Shown here piece after piece: positions 1-10,618 of a stretch of DNA of 64,000 nt (position 1 is its first letter; each line of letters opens with the position of its first letter). The notes beneath the pieces are model-generated. The model ran no database searches. It was given only the letters and a program-made list of their open reading frames with translations, and was not told the DNA's origin. This DNA comes from Candidatus Latescibacterota bacterium (GTDB taxonomy: Bacteria > Latescibacterota > UBA2968 > GCA-2709665), in the NCBI GenBank assembly GCA_965222075.1, contig OZ244937.1, forward strand, positions 5,216,001-5,280,000, in the 5' to 3' direction. The position numbers were made by a program, and so were the translations under genes.

Positions 1-7
1 CGACTGG

Positions 8-691
8 GTGTCCATTGAAGTCATCGACATCAAGGTGGGCCCCTACGGCTACTACAACAATGGCGGCCCCTTCCGGGGTAGCCTGCGTTCCGTCGCTCCC
101 GTGCGGGACGGGCTGGTCCACTTCCCTCCCGATTTCGTCGTCCCATCCCGTCCTATGATCGGCGTCATGCAGCTGGAACCCGTATCCCAGCACCCCTCTC
201 CCTGGAACCACGGCGGCAACATGGACTATAATTCCATCCGGGCCGGAAGCACCGTGCACATCCGCACCCAGAAGGAGGGTGGCTATTTTTTCGTGGGCGA
301 TGTCCACGCCCGGATGGGGGATGGAGAGCTTACCGCGACCGGCATCGAGATCGACGCCGATCTTACCCTGCGCATCGACCGGTCGCCCGGTTTCCCCACC
401 GGTGGCCCGGTGGTAGAGACCGCCGATGAGATCCTCACCTGCGGAATGGGCGCTAATTGGGAGGAGGCTTTGAAGATCGCATGGACCGAGATGGTGGGCC
501 TGATCGCCTACCGCTACGACACGACAGTAGAGTACGCCAACCTCATCGTGGGCACGATCGGCGACGCCATCCCCGGGTACGCTGCTGGTACTCTTAACCA
601 TCGAGGTTTCAAAAGGGAGGGCGTTTACGCGACCTGTCAAATCGCCATCACGAAGGACCTGCGCCGCACGGGAGAACCCTATAAACCGTAA
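8..691 (+). CDS. Acetamidase/formamidase family protein (probably 5'-truncated by the window edge)
   Basis: Motifs PMIGV, HGGNMD and GDVHARMGDGE..TGIE are typical of the FmdA/AmdA family; the frame is open back to the window start. Confidence 0.85.
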   Translation: MSIEVIDIKVGPYGYYNNGGPFRGSLRSVAPVRDGLVHFPPDFVVPSRPMIGVMQLEPVSQHPSPWNHGGNMDYNSIRAGSTVHIRTQKEGGYFFVGDVHARMGDGELTATGIEIDADLTLRIDRSPGFPTGGPVVETADEILTCGMGANWEEALKIAWTEMVGLIAYRYDTTVEYANLIVGTIGDAIPGYAAGTLNHRGFKREGVYATCQIAITKDLRRTGEPYKP

Positions 692-733
692 GGCGTTCCG
701 TGTTTTCAGCAAAATACAAGAGGGAGACGATCC

Positions 734-1711
734 GTGGCGAAGCACGATGTGTTGAAAGTAGCCGTTATTGGCGGCGGCAATATCGCCCGGCACCACCTGC
801 CCGTGCTGGTAGACCTGCCACAGGTGGAAGTGACCGCTCTGGTGGACATCCATGCGAAGACCCGGCAGGAGACCGCGGACCGCTTCGGGATACCGCAGCG
901 CCTGAGCGCTCACGCGGAGCTATGCGAAGGGGACCGGCCGGACGCCGTCTTTGTGCTGGTGAGCGTGCTGCAGGTTGCCGATGTGGCGGCCGACTTCATC
1001 CGCGCGGGCATTCCCACCTTTCTGGAAAAACCGCCGGGCCTTTATACATCGCAGACGCGCTACCTGGCGCAGCTGGCGCGGGAGCACCACACCCTGGCCA
1101 TGGTTGGCGTCAACCGGCGCTTTTATTCTACCTTGCTCAAAGGCAGGGAAATGCTGCTTGAGGCAGGGCCGATCCGGAGCATTTCGGTGGAAGCACATGA
1201 GGACCTGGAGCGCGTGCGTGAGAACCCCAAGTTCTCCGAGGAGGTGGCGCGTCGGTGGAGCGCCGCCAACGGCATCCACGCGCTCGACCTGCTGCGGTTT
1301 TTTGGTGGTGACGTGGCCCAGGTCAAGTCCGTGGGCCGAGTGGTCGAGGGCCCCATGCCGGACTGCTGCACTGCGACCATCGAATTTGTCGATGGCGCCA
1401 TTGGCCGCGCCCTGATGGACTGGTTCGCGCCGGGCGGTCACCGCTTTGAAGTGCGCACCACGGGCGCGACCCTCACGTCGGACCCGTACAACTATGCACC
1501 TGTGTTGCGCCGCCGCGGAAGGGCGTCCGTTACGATCGAGCTGGAGGAGATTGATCGACGCTACAAGGCGGGGTTCTACCGGCAAGACGAGACCTTTGTA
1601 AAATGCGTCGTTGAAGGAACGCCACTGCCTTTTCCCGCCTGCGGCCTCGACGACGCCGTGAAGACCATGGCGTTAATTGACGCCATCGCCGGCACCGGGG
1701 AGTGTGAGTAG
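734..1711 (+). CDS. Gfo/Idh/MocA family oxidoreductase
   Basis: Rossmann VIGGGNIA, EKP motif, GIHALD; RBS GGAG upstream of GTG. Confidence 0.9.
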   Translation: MAKHDVLKVAVIGGGNIARHHLPVLVDLPQVEVTALVDIHAKTRQETADRFGIPQRLSAHAELCEGDRPDAVFVLVSVLQVADVAADFIRAGIPTFLEKPPGLYTSQTRYLAQLAREHHTLAMVGVNRRFYSTLLKGREMLLEAGPIRSISVEAHEDLERVRENPKFSEEVARRWSAANGIHALDLLRFFGGDVAQVKSVGRVVEGPMPDCCTATIEFVDGAIGRALMDWFAPGGHRFEVRTTGATLTSDPYNYAPVLRRRGRASVTIELEEIDRRYKAGFYRQDETFVKCVVEGTPLPFPACGLDDAVKTMALIDAIAGTGECE

Positions 1712-1767
1712 CCATTCAACAGAGCCCTGAATGCAAATTTACGGATGCGAGGGAGGGGGGACACCGT

Positions 1768-2889
1768 ATGACAGATCCGTCGATCCATAACAAATTGGAG
1801 GGGCCGCGGCCGGCGCGGGTCGAGGATCAAGGAGCGATTCTGGATACGATCGATTTTGTGCACCGTACATCTGTGGGCAGGTCGCCCTCTATGGCGAGGG
1901 ATTATCCGCACGTGTACGCGTCCGGCAATCTGAAGAATGTCTTTGTGATCGAGGCAGGTGAGAAGGTGGTCTGCTCCACGGGCGTCTGGGTGAACGAGGT
2001 TCAATTGGGTGGAACGCGTCTGCGCGTGGGTGGGATCAACTCCGTGGCCACGCTGCCGGGGTTTCGGAAACGGGGTCTGGGGGCGGCGGTTATGCAGGCA
2101 GCGCATGCGCGCATGCGCGAGATGGGCTGTCACGTGGGCCTTCTGGGCACGGATATCTCCAACTGGTATCGACGGCTGGGCTGGGAATACGGGGGCATCG
2201 AACGGTCGTACCGCCTGGACCGGGGCAACATCGGGCTGCTGCCGACGCTGCCGCAGGACATCGCGTGCGAGGCGTTTAAAGAGGAGATGGCCGAGGAGGT
2301 GCTGGCGGTACACCACGCCGATCGGCTGGGCGGGATTCGAACGCCGGGATTGTTCGATCAGCTCTTGTCTGCCAAGAAGATCTCGAATGCGGTGGTGGCC
2401 AGGAAGGATTCGGAGGTGATCGCCTATCTGTTGACCAGGGGACAGACGGCGGTTGAGTGGGGCGGTCCAGCGGCGGTGGTTGCCGGGCTTGTGCAGGCGT
2501 GGTTTGAAGATCTGGACGACCCGGCGTCCAGCACGTCCACGCGCGATGCCGACTTCAGACCGGTCGGGCTGGTGGGCTTGACAGTTACCACTCCCGGAGG
2601 AGGCCACCCGTTTATAACGGTGCTTGAGGATCTGGGGATTCCTTACAGTACGGGGTATGTGGGGATGATTCTGCTGATAGATCCGCAGGAGGTTCTGAAG
2701 GCGTTCGGGCACAGGGATATCGTCGTTTTCGAGGAGAAGGGGAGGGTCGGCCTGGCGCGGGGGGATGAGTCTGACACGCTGACGCGCAACGAATTGGTGA
2801 AGCTTTTTTTGGGACCGGAACGGGTGAGCAGTTTTGCCGGCGATGTGTTTCCGCTTCCGTTCTACCAGTGGGTGCTGGAACACGTGTAG
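1768..2889 (+). CDS. GNAT family N-acetyltransferase (Eis-like)
   Basis: GGINSVATLPGFRKRGLG acetyl-CoA motif A; WYRRLGWE. Confidence 0.85.
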   Translation: MTDPSIHNKLEGPRPARVEDQGAILDTIDFVHRTSVGRSPSMARDYPHVYASGNLKNVFVIEAGEKVVCSTGVWVNEVQLGGTRLRVGGINSVATLPGFRKRGLGAAVMQAAHARMREMGCHVGLLGTDISNWYRRLGWEYGGIERSYRLDRGNIGLLPTLPQDIACEAFKEEMAEEVLAVHHADRLGGIRTPGLFDQLLSAKKISNAVVARKDSEVIAYLLTRGQTAVEWGGPAAVVAGLVQAWFEDLDDPASSTSTRDADFRPVGLVGLTVTTPGGGHPFITVLEDLGIPYSTGYVGMILLIDPQEVLKAFGHRDIVVFEEKGRVGLARGDESDTLTRNELVKLFLGPERVSSFAGDVFPLPFYQWVLEHV

Positions 2890-2914
2890 CGGATTGTACA
2901 AGGAGACAGGTAAG

Positions 2915-4525
2915 ATGGAAATCATCTGTGGACCCTATCTGCAAAATGTGACGAAACACGCGATCACGATTATGTGGCACACGAATGAACCGGGAACGTC
3001 GCTTGTGGAATACGGGGCGAGCGAGAGGCTGGGGTGGAACGCGTACGTGGGAAGGCTCAAACCCGTTTATGATACCCGGCAGGGGGACGAGAGGCCAAAG
3101 ACGATCCACGCGGTCAGGCTGGAGGGGCTCGAGGAAGAGTGGGTGTATGATTATCGCGTACGGTCCAGCGGCTCCGACGGCTCGGAAGCAATGTCTGTTC
3201 CGGCGAGCTTCCGGACGGCCGCCAAAGATGGCTCTCCTTTTCGCTTTGTGACATACGGTGACAGCCACGGGATCAACCAGATGCACAGGCGAAATGCAGA
3301 GCTGGCCCGGGCGTACCGGGCCGATATCTGCGTTGGAACCGGGGATACTGTGCACGATGTGATCTCGAGGCTCAGGGGACAGTTTTTCGGCAGTACGCAC
3401 GAATTGCTTAAATATACTCCCTGGTTCGCGTCGATGGGAAATCATGACTCGCCCAATGAGGGGTATTTCCAGTATTTTTCGTATCCGGAACCGAGGTACT
3501 GGTATTCGTTCAACTACGGCTGCGCACACTTTACGATTATGAACAGCAACATGGACTACCGGGCCGGGTCGGAGCAGTGGGCGTGGCTGGAAAGGGATCT
3601 GGAGCGGTTTCGGGATGCACGGTGGAAGTTCGTGGTTTTCCACCACCCACCCTTCTGTTCCAATAATTGCGAGATTGTTGAGACACGGGTGCTCTGCCCC
3701 CTGTTTGAAGCGTACGGGGTGGACATTGTGTACAATGCGCATGCAACGATTTACGAGCGATTTCACCCGTTGACCGGGGGGCAGTACGATGCTGGGGGAG
3801 GGGTGGTTTATTTCGTGTCCGGCGGTGGAGGGTACGACATGGGGCGGACGCCAAGTGAACTGTGGGATCACCTGCATCCATTCTCGGCCTTTGCCAGGCC
3901 GGTGAATCACTTTCTGCTTACGACCGTGGCGGCAGATGAGTGCCGCGTTCGGGCGATTGACACCGAGGACCGGGTGTTCGATTCTCTGGTTCTGACCAAA
4001 CCCTCGTCCAGGCTCGTTTCCCTGCCCCCGGCGAGCGCTCAGCTTCCCTATCCCGACCTGCCGGAGGCAGGTACGGTGGTGGCCGGGTTCGAGGAGGCCC
4101 CTGTGCGGTGGGTGCTGCCCCGGCCCCAGTATGCGGTGGATGCGGATGTGACCCATTCCGGGGGGAACAGCATCCGCTGGACGAACGACGGAAGCGAACC
4201 CGTTTTCCCCGCTCTGCGGCGGGTTTTGAAGGCGGACGACAGGGCCTTAGATGCTGTGGCGGGCAAGTCTTACCGGGTTTCCGCCTGGGTGAAGACACAG
4301 GATGTGTCCGGCGGGGTGACGGTGTCTCTCTCCTGGAATGGGGATATGGGGTTCATCGGGCGTGCGCAATCCGATCCGCTGGACGGCACGCGGGATTGGA
4401 CCCGGGTCGAGGTCGAGGTTCCGACTATGTATCCATACGTCTATTTCTGCCGGGTGCTGCTTTCCGCCACCCCCGGGTCTACGGGGACGGCCTGGTTTGA
4501 TGATGTAGAGGTGGAGGAGATTTGA
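2915..4525 (+). CDS. Purple-acid-phosphatase-like metallophosphoesterase with N-terminal FN3-like and C-terminal carbohydrate-binding-like domain
   Basis: GPYLQ start, YGDSH, TGD, MGNHD, FHHPP; C-terminal YRVSAWVKT...GTAWFDDV. Start reassigned to ATG 2915 after AGGAG. Confidence 0.85.
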   Translation: MEIICGPYLQNVTKHAITIMWHTNEPGTSLVEYGASERLGWNAYVGRLKPVYDTRQGDERPKTIHAVRLEGLEEEWVYDYRVRSSGSDGSEAMSVPASFRTAAKDGSPFRFVTYGDSHGINQMHRRNAELARAYRADICVGTGDTVHDVISRLRGQFFGSTHELLKYTPWFASMGNHDSPNEGYFQYFSYPEPRYWYSFNYGCAHFTIMNSNMDYRAGSEQWAWLERDLERFRDARWKFVVFHHPPFCSNNCEIVETRVLCPLFEAYGVDIVYNAHATIYERFHPLTGGQYDAGGGVVYFVSGGGGYDMGRTPSELWDHLHPFSAFARPVNHFLLTTVAADECRVRAIDTEDRVFDSLVLTKPSSRLVSLPPASAQLPYPDLPEAGTVVAGFEEAPVRWVLPRPQYAVDADVTHSGGNSIRWTNDGSEPVFPALRRVLKADDRALDAVAGKSYRVSAWVKTQDVSGGVTVSLSWNGDMGFIGRAQSDPLDGTRDWTRVEVEVPTMYPYVYFCRVLLSATPGSTGTAWFDDVEVEEI

Positions 4526-4732
4526 CTGCTCTACCTGGCGCGGGGAAATCCGGGCGTTCATACCTTTCCAGCACAAAAAGGGCTTGCCGAAAGATGACCC
4601 GTTTTGTTTTTTTACTCTGTATTGGCGATGTGCCTATTTTGACTGCCTTTACCTGTTTGTAGACCCTTTTCTACCCGTCCGTGTTCGGGCACAAGACGCG
4701 GGAAACAAGGCCGAGAAGAGGCCCAAACAGGG

Positions 4733-7700
4733 ATGGCTGAGAACAGGAAGTCCCCATTGAGTGCTGGAATCGCCATCAGGGAAGGACAGGTTCTCACCGG
4801 TCCGCTGTTCAGCGAGCCGATGCAGGTGGAGACTGTTCGCTCAAACGGGCCTGACGTCTGGGTCGCGGGCCTCGTCGGTCAGCGATCTGAACGGTTCCGC
4901 CGGGTCACGCTCACGTCAGACGATATTTCCAACCTGACCATCGCCGACTCCGCTCTTTCCTACGATGGCGATGGGCGGCTTCTGCGGATCGGCCTCCAGG
5001 CCTATACGCTCGGTATCGCCTACGAGTTCGATCCCTATTTCGGGCTTTCCATCTCGCGCGTGGACCCGCTGCCGCACCAGCTCGAAGCGGTCTACGAGCA
5101 CCTGCTCAAGCTGCCCAGCGTGCGCTTTCTGCTCGCCGACGATGCGGGTGCGGGCAAGACCATCATGGCGGGTCTCCTGGTGCGTGAGCTCAAGCTTCGG
5201 GGTCTCATCGAACGCGTCCTGGTGGTATGCCCCGCGAACCTGACGTTTCAGTGGCAGCGGGAACTCAAGGAAAAGTTCGACGAGAAGTTTATCGTGTTCA
5301 AGGGCAGCGACATCCGCGACCAGTTCGGGGTCAACCAGTGGCTGGAGCAGAAGCAGGTCATCACCTCGCTCGACCTGGCCAAGCGTACCGAGATCCTGCC
5401 CGGACTGGCGCAGGTGCGCTGGGATCTGGTGATCGTTGATGAGGCGCACCGCATGTCGGCACGCGACGAGACCCACAAGAGCCAGCGCTACCGGCTGGGG
5501 GAGCTGCTGCGTGACAGTTCCGATCACGTGCTTCTGCTGACCGCCACGCCACACAAGGGCGACCCACAGAACTTCACGCTGTTCCTGCAGCTGCTGGACC
5601 GGGACGCTTATGCGGACGTGAGATCGATCCACGAGGCGATGGAACGACGGCGAGCGCCTTTCTACCTGCGTCGAACCAAGGAGGCGATGGTCCATTTTCC
5701 GGAGCCCCAGGAGAACGGAGGGTGGACCGCGAAGCCGGTATTCACCAGGCGTATCCCGCGCACGGCTGCCTTCAATATCGATGGTCCCGAGTTCGCGCTC
5801 TACGACAGGATCACGCGGTTCGTGAAACGGCAGAGCACCCGTGCAGCCGCACAGGGCGACGATCCGAGGGCGCGGGCCGTCGGATTCCTGATGGCGCTCT
5901 ACCAGCGGCGCCTCGCTTCCAGCACGTACGCGATGCGGCGGTCGCTCGAGAACCGGGCAAGGCGTCTGAAGGAGGGACTCAAGCGCGCGCAGGATCTGGT
6001 GCGGACTGCGCCCCCGGACCTTCCCGATCCGGAAGATCTCGATGAGCTTGAGGACGCCGAGCGCGAGCGCCTGGAGAGGATGCTGGAGGCGATCACGCTG
6101 GCCGGCAATGCCGAGCAGGTCCGTGACGAGATCGCCGAACTCCTGGAACTTGCCGAAGAGGCGAAGGTTGTCGAGGGCGCGGGTAGTGAGGCGAAACTGG
6201 GCCATCTGCGGGAGATCATGCAGGATGAGGGATTCTTCGACCGGCGTGACCAGCGACTGCTGATCTTCACCGAGTTCAAGGATACGCTCGACCACCTGAT
6301 GGAGCATTTGAAAGCCTGGGGCTTCAGCGTCGGCTGCATCCACGGCGGGATGAAGCCTGGCTCGCGTGACGAACCGGGAAGCCGGCTCCATACCGAACAG
6401 CAATTCCGCGAGGGCGCCATCCAGGTTCTGGTGGCCACCGAGGCGGCCGGCGAAGGCATCAACTTGCAGTGCTGCCACATCCTCTTCAACTACGATATCC
6501 CGTGGAACCCGAACCGGCTCGAACAGCGCATGGGCCGCATCCACCGCTACGGACAGCACCACGATTGTTTGATCTTCAACTTCGTGGCGAGCAACACCAT
6601 TGAGGGACGGGTGCTGCAGCGTCTCTTATACAAGCTCCAGGAGATCCGCGACGCCCTTGATGACGACGCGGTGTTTAACGTGGTGGGAGAGGTCTTGCCG
6701 TCCGCCCACGTGGAGCGCGTGCTGCGGGACTACTACGCGGGGAAGCTGGGCGACGCCGATCTTGAAGAGCGGCTCTTGAAGGATGTGGATGAAGGCCACT
6801 TCCGGGCCATCTGCCAGACGGCGCTGGAGGGCCTGGCCGCCAAGAGGCTCAACCTGGACATGCTCATCGAGCGCCGGGCACGGGCACAGGAGCGGCGCGT
6901 GGTGCCCGAGACCCTCGCGCGGTTCATTTGCGAGTGCGCCCGGGATGCGGCGCTGGCTCTGAAGCCGGTGAGCCGCCTGGCGCATACGTATGAGCCGGGG
7001 CGGACGCCGTCCGGCTTGAAGAAGTACGAGCGCGAAGCGGATTGGAAGCTCCCGGAATTGGCGGTCCGTTATCCGCGCCTGTCGACCGACCGCAACACAG
7101 CGGAGGAGCACAACCTCGAGTGGGTGACCCCCGGGCATCCGCTGTTCGAGGCCCTGCGCCGGCACAGTCTCGAACTGGGTCAGGACGCCTTCACCAGGGG
7201 CGCGTGCTTCTATTCTCTTGCGCACGAAGCGCCGGCGCGTCTCGACTTCTACCGGGCGCGGGTCGTGGATGGTCTTGGACAGGTTATCCACGAACGGCTG
7301 TTCACCGTAGAGCTGAATGGTGACGGTTCCCCCGGTCTTTGTGAGCCGGATGTCCTGGGCAATCTGACTCCCACCCCTGCACCGGATGGCTTGCCCGCCG
7401 TGGCCTCGCTGCCGGAAGACACGGCCTGGCTGAACGAGCACGCGCTGCTCCCGTTCATCGACGAGGTGCGCGCAGAGCGTCTGGCCGAGGTCGAGCGCAT
7501 TGCCGAGCACGTCGAGCTTTCCTTGACCGAGGTGCTGCAGCGGATCGATGAAGAGATCGGCCGTGCCGCCGAGGAGGTGGAGAATGACGTGACCGGCGCC
7601 GAGGGCCGCCTGGCGCAAGCCGAAACCCGGCATGCCGAGGTGATGGTGCGCCGCGAGCACCGACGTGAGGAACTCAAGCAGCAGCGGGCGGTAACGCTGC

Positions 7701-8209
7701 AGGGCGTGGAGCGGCTGGCCAGCGCGCTCGTTCTGCCTCACCCCGAACGCGGGACGCTGGATGTCCGCCGCCTGCGGCCGCATCCTGAGACCGAGATGAC
7801 GGCGATGCGTGTGGTCATGGAATACGAGACCGCGCGGGGGTGCCAGGTCTATGACGTGCACAAGAAGAACCTCGGCTACGACGTGACCAGCCTCGATCCG
7901 CAGTCAGGCGAGTTGCGTCTGATTGAGGTGAAGGGTCTCGCTGCGGCTACCGGGAGTATTCTGCTCACGCCGAATGAGCGTCGCGTGGCCGAGGATCGGC
8001 CCGACTGCTTCTGGCTCTATGTGGTGACCCACTGCGCCAGCGTCCCGCAACTTCAGGAGCCGGTCAGAGATCCCGCGCGGTTCCCGTGGCACGAGGTCAC
8101 CAAGGTCGCCCATTACTGGCTGAGCGTGAACGCCCTGAAGCAGCCGATGGAGGTTCGGGAAGGCAGGGTGAGCTACGGCGGGAAGAACGAGCCATCAAGA
8201 AATCGATAG
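4733..8209 (+). CDS. SNF2-family helicase with C-terminal DUF3883 (PD-(D/E)xK-like) domain; core gene 1 of a DUF499/DUF1156 restriction-like system
   Basis: LADDAGAGKT, DEAH, LTATPH, EGINLQ, WNPNRLEQRMGRIHRYGQ; C-terminal GYDVTS...IEVKG. Confidence 0.9.
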   Translation: MAENRKSPLSAGIAIREGQVLTGPLFSEPMQVETVRSNGPDVWVAGLVGQRSERFRRVTLTSDDISNLTIADSALSYDGDGRLLRIGLQAYTLGIAYEFDPYFGLSISRVDPLPHQLEAVYEHLLKLPSVRFLLADDAGAGKTIMAGLLVRELKLRGLIERVLVVCPANLTFQWQRELKEKFDEKFIVFKGSDIRDQFGVNQWLEQKQVITSLDLAKRTEILPGLAQVRWDLVIVDEAHRMSARDETHKSQRYRLGELLRDSSDHVLLLTATPHKGDPQNFTLFLQLLDRDAYADVRSIHEAMERRRAPFYLRRTKEAMVHFPEPQENGGWTAKPVFTRRIPRTAAFNIDGPEFALYDRITRFVKRQSTRAAAQGDDPRARAVGFLMALYQRRLASSTYAMRRSLENRARRLKEGLKRAQDLVRTAPPDLPDPEDLDELEDAERERLERMLEAITLAGNAEQVRDEIAELLELAEEAKVVEGAGSEAKLGHLREIMQDEGFFDRRDQRLLIFTEFKDTLDHLMEHLKAWGFSVGCIHGGMKPGSRDEPGSRLHTEQQFREGAIQVLVATEAAGEGINLQCCHILFNYDIPWNPNRLEQRMGRIHRYGQHHDCLIFNFVASNTIEGRVLQRLLYKLQEIRDALDDDAVFNVVGEVLPSAHVERVLRDYYAGKLGDADLEERLLKDVDEGHFRAICQTALEGLAAKRLNLDMLIERRARAQERRVVPETLARFICECARDAALALKPVSRLAHTYEPGRTPSGLKKYEREADWKLPELAVRYPRLSTDRNTAEEHNLEWVTPGHPLFEALRRHSLELGQDAFTRGACFYSLAHEAPARLDFYRARVVDGLGQVIHERLFTVELNGDGSPGLCEPDVLGNLTPTPAPDGLPAVASLPEDTAWLNEHALLPFIDEVRAERLAEVERIAEHVELSLTEVLQRIDEEIGRAAEEVENDVTGAEGRLAQAETRHAEVMVRREHRREELKQQRAVTLQGVERLASALVLPHPERGTLDVRRLRPHPETEMTAMRVVMEYETARGCQVYDVHKKNLGYDVTSLDPQSGELRLIEVKGLAAATGSILLTPNERRVAEDRPDCFWLYVVTHCASVPQLQEPVRDPARFPWHEVTKVAHYWLSVNALKQPMEVREGRVSYGGKNEPSRNR
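8069..8165 (+). repeat. Helicase 3'-tail anchor, copy 1 (within the intact gene)
   Basis: Encodes DPARFPWHEVTKVAHYWLSVNALKQPMEVREG; diverged copies at 13442 and 27455. Confidence 0.9.
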
Positions 8210-8224
8210 TCAAATCCGTCGAGT

Positions 8225-8432
8225 TTGAGGCCTGGTACCAATGCACTATCCTCCAGACACCGTCTGGAATTTCACCAACCCTAACGGAGTGGTCAGTCGC
8301 GTCAGCAATTTGCCAGACACCGTCTGGCGAATTGGAGATCACCCCTCCAGTCGGAATCCGCAGACAGGGTCTGCAGAATTGTCGTTGGGCAGCATTACGT
8401 TGCACTTTCCGCTTCCCTGGTCCGCCTACGTC
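8225..8432 (+). pseudogene. DUF1016/YhcG internal fragment 1
   Basis: ILQTPSG...ICQTPSGE and FPLPWSAYVR, the same motifs as the larger fragment at 13005-13430. Confidence 0.7.
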
Positions 8433-8440
8433 CGGAGGCT

Positions 8441-8839
8441 ATGCCAATGGAAGCAAAACTGAAACATCTCGAATTCATCCAGGGCGTAATCAACCGCCTC
8501 GCCACCGACTCGTTCCGTATGAAGGGATGGGCTGTGGTCTTAGTCTTAGTCTCGGCGATTCTCGTCGTGCTGGCGAAGGAAGGTCGCGTTGAGTTCGCCT
8601 ACATTGGCTTCGTCCCAGCGCTTGTCTTCTGGGGCCTCGACGGCTACTTCCTCTGGCAGGAACGTCTGTTTCGAGACCTTTACGACCACGTCCGAGTTCT
8701 GGACGAAGCGGATATCGATTTCTCGATGGAAACGGCCGCCTCCAAAAGAACCTGGCTCGGTGCGACATTCTCAAGAACACTGTACCCCTTCTATATCGCG
8801 TTGGCTCTCCTGGTCGGTGCCGCGATGATCATTAGCTAA
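8441..8839 (+). CDS. Small multi-pass membrane protein, probable effector partner of a TIR-domain gene
   Basis: KHLEFIQGVINRLA.DSF.MKGW then hydrophobic helices, LDGYFLWQERLFR.LY; directly followed by a TIR-like gene start. Confidence 0.7.
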   Translation: MPMEAKLKHLEFIQGVINRLATDSFRMKGWAVVLVLVSAILVVLAKEGRVEFAYIGFVPALVFWGLDGYFLWQERLFRDLYDHVRVLDEADIDFSMETAASKRTWLGATFSRTLYPFYIALALLVGAAMIIS

Positions 8840-8860
8840 CCGCACAAGGAGTCTTACGCA

Positions 8861-8995
8861 ATGGCACGCAGAGTGTTCTACAGCTTTCACTACAAACCTG
8901 ACAACTGGCGGGCCGAAGTGGCAGCCGAGCGCTCCGAGAGTCTTCAGCGCGCGATCCATTGTCTACGGAAACTCGTCGATACCGCCGGTGACTAA
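8861..8995 (+). pseudogene. Chimeric 44-codon deletion scar: ThsB/DUF1863 TIR-like N-terminus fused to a DUF4276-like C-terminus
   Basis: Reads MARRVFYSFHYKPDNWRA|EVAAERSESLQRAIHCLRKLVDTAGD*; AGGAG upstream. The TIR-like head is well recognisable; the tail assignment is weaker. Confidence 0.6.
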
Positions 8996-9170
8996 GGCCG
9001 AATTGCTCGAACTGATCCGCCGTGGTGGGGGCTCGACTCTGGCATTCAAACGAGAGGGGGTGCAAGCCCACGATGTTGCGAGAGCGGTGGTGGCGTTTGT
9101 CAACATGGCCGGCGGTACGGTTCTGATTGGCGTCGAGGAAGGGAGCGTTTCCGGCGTGACTCGTGACCGC
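8988..9170 (+). pseudogene. AlbA_2/Schlafen-domain gene 5' fragment
   Basis: MTKAELLELIRRG..STLAFKREGVQAHD.A...VAFVN..GG.VLIGVE aligns with the N-terminus of 16307..17536, then similarity stops. Confidence 0.8.
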
Positions 9171-9250
9171 CGTGCGTGGTGCGTGTCGAGGAGGATAAGT
9201 GATCACGGATTCATGCAGCAACATCTCGAGTGTTGAAAAGGAATTTGAAG

Positions 9251-10618
9251 ATGGCAAAGCATCGAACATCAAAAAATGATCCAAAAGAAGACCAGAATGA
9301 AGGTATCACTGCAATCTCGGTGCAGGGCTTCAAGTCGCTTGCTGAAGCAAGCCGGATTGAAATTCGTCCGCTGACGATCCTGGCAGGTGCGAACAGTTCC
9401 GGCAAATCGAGTATTATGCAGCCTCTGTTGCTGATGAAGCAGACCCTTGAAGCCAGTTATGACCCCGGACCACTTCTGCTAAATGGACCGAATGCGAAAT
9501 TTACGTCCTTCAACCAATTCATTTCGCGTTCACAGAAAGATTCTGATGGCCAGGCATTCAGCGTTGAAATAGGGTACGCGTATAGGACGCTTAAAGTTGC
9601 GTTTGCTCTCACCGAAGAACAGACGCTTGAAATCCGAGATATGATCATTGGAGAAGGCGAAAGTTCTCTTCATTTGATGCCACACCAAAGGGCAGATGAT
9701 TTAGAGAAGGCGATCTCAAAATTTGTTCCAAAGGAAAAAAAATGGCTTAAGTTACCAGAAGGGATTCAGTGGGCGGTTTTTAGAGATCGGTGTTTTCTTA
9801 ACATCACTATCGAGATCCTCGAGGGTAAGGGGGAATTTGTCTTTACCAGAGCTGTCAATCCGGAACTACTTTCTACAATACTTACTACTATATTTTCTAC
9901 TACTGATGAAGAGCTACACCGCATGATTCACGTCCCTGGTTTCCGTGGCAACCCCGAGCGCGCCTATAAGGTAACAACCCCCGGCCCTGATTTCCCAGGC
10001 ACATTTGAACATTATGTCGCCACGATCATTGCACATTGGCAGGCAGAACATGACGGTCGTGTCAAAATGCTTGCGGACTTACTTGCAGACCTTGGCCTAA
10101 CCTGGAAAGTTTCTGCCAGGTCCGTTGATGATACGCAGATTGAATTGCAGGTTGGACGCCTTCCACAACCAGAGTTGGCAGACGATCTGGTAAGTATCGC
10201 TGACGTTGGCTTTGGCGTCTCACAAGTGTTGCCCGTGCTTGTTGCGCTTCTAATTGCTGAGCCGGGACAACTTGTATATCTCGAACAACCGGAATTGCAT
10301 TTGCACCCGCGAGCGCAGTATGGACTGGCGAAAATTCTGGTAGAGACGGCAAAGCGCGGCGTGAAATTGGTCGTGGAGACACATAGCACGTTGTTGTTAC
10401 TACAAGTGCAGACGTTGGTGGCGGAGGGTGATCTCGATCCTGATTTGGTGAAGCTACACTGGTTCTCACGCAACCCCAAAGATGGAACGACATCGATTCA
10501 GAGTGCTGATCTGGATGAAAATGGCGCTTTTGGGGATTGGCCGGAGGACTTTGGCGATGTCGAGTTGATGGCTGAAGGCGCGTATCTGGATGCGATGGAA
10601 GAGCGGAGCAAACAATAA
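9251..10618 (+). CDS. ABC/AAA_15-type ATPase with C-terminal DUF3696-like domain
   Basis: GFKS, Walker A GANSSGKS, DVGFGVSQVLP, Walker B LEQPELHLHP, ETHS, G.FGDWPEDF.D. Confidence 0.85.
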   Translation: MAKHRTSKNDPKEDQNEGITAISVQGFKSLAEASRIEIRPLTILAGANSSGKSSIMQPLLLMKQTLEASYDPGPLLLNGPNAKFTSFNQFISRSQKDSDGQAFSVEIGYAYRTLKVAFALTEEQTLEIRDMIIGEGESSLHLMPHQRADDLEKAISKFVPKEKKWLKLPEGIQWAVFRDRCFLNITIEILEGKGEFVFTRAVNPELLSTILTTIFSTTDEELHRMIHVPGFRGNPERAYKVTTPGPDFPGTFEHYVATIIAHWQAEHDGRVKMLADLLADLGLTWKVSARSVDDTQIELQVGRLPQPELADDLVSIADVGFGVSQVLPVLVALLIAEPGQLVYLEQPELHLHPRAQYGLAKILVETAKRGVKLVVETHSTLLLLQVQTLVAEGDLDPDLVKLHWFSRNPKDGTTSIQSADLDENGAFGDWPEDFGDVELMAEGAYLDAMEERSKQ

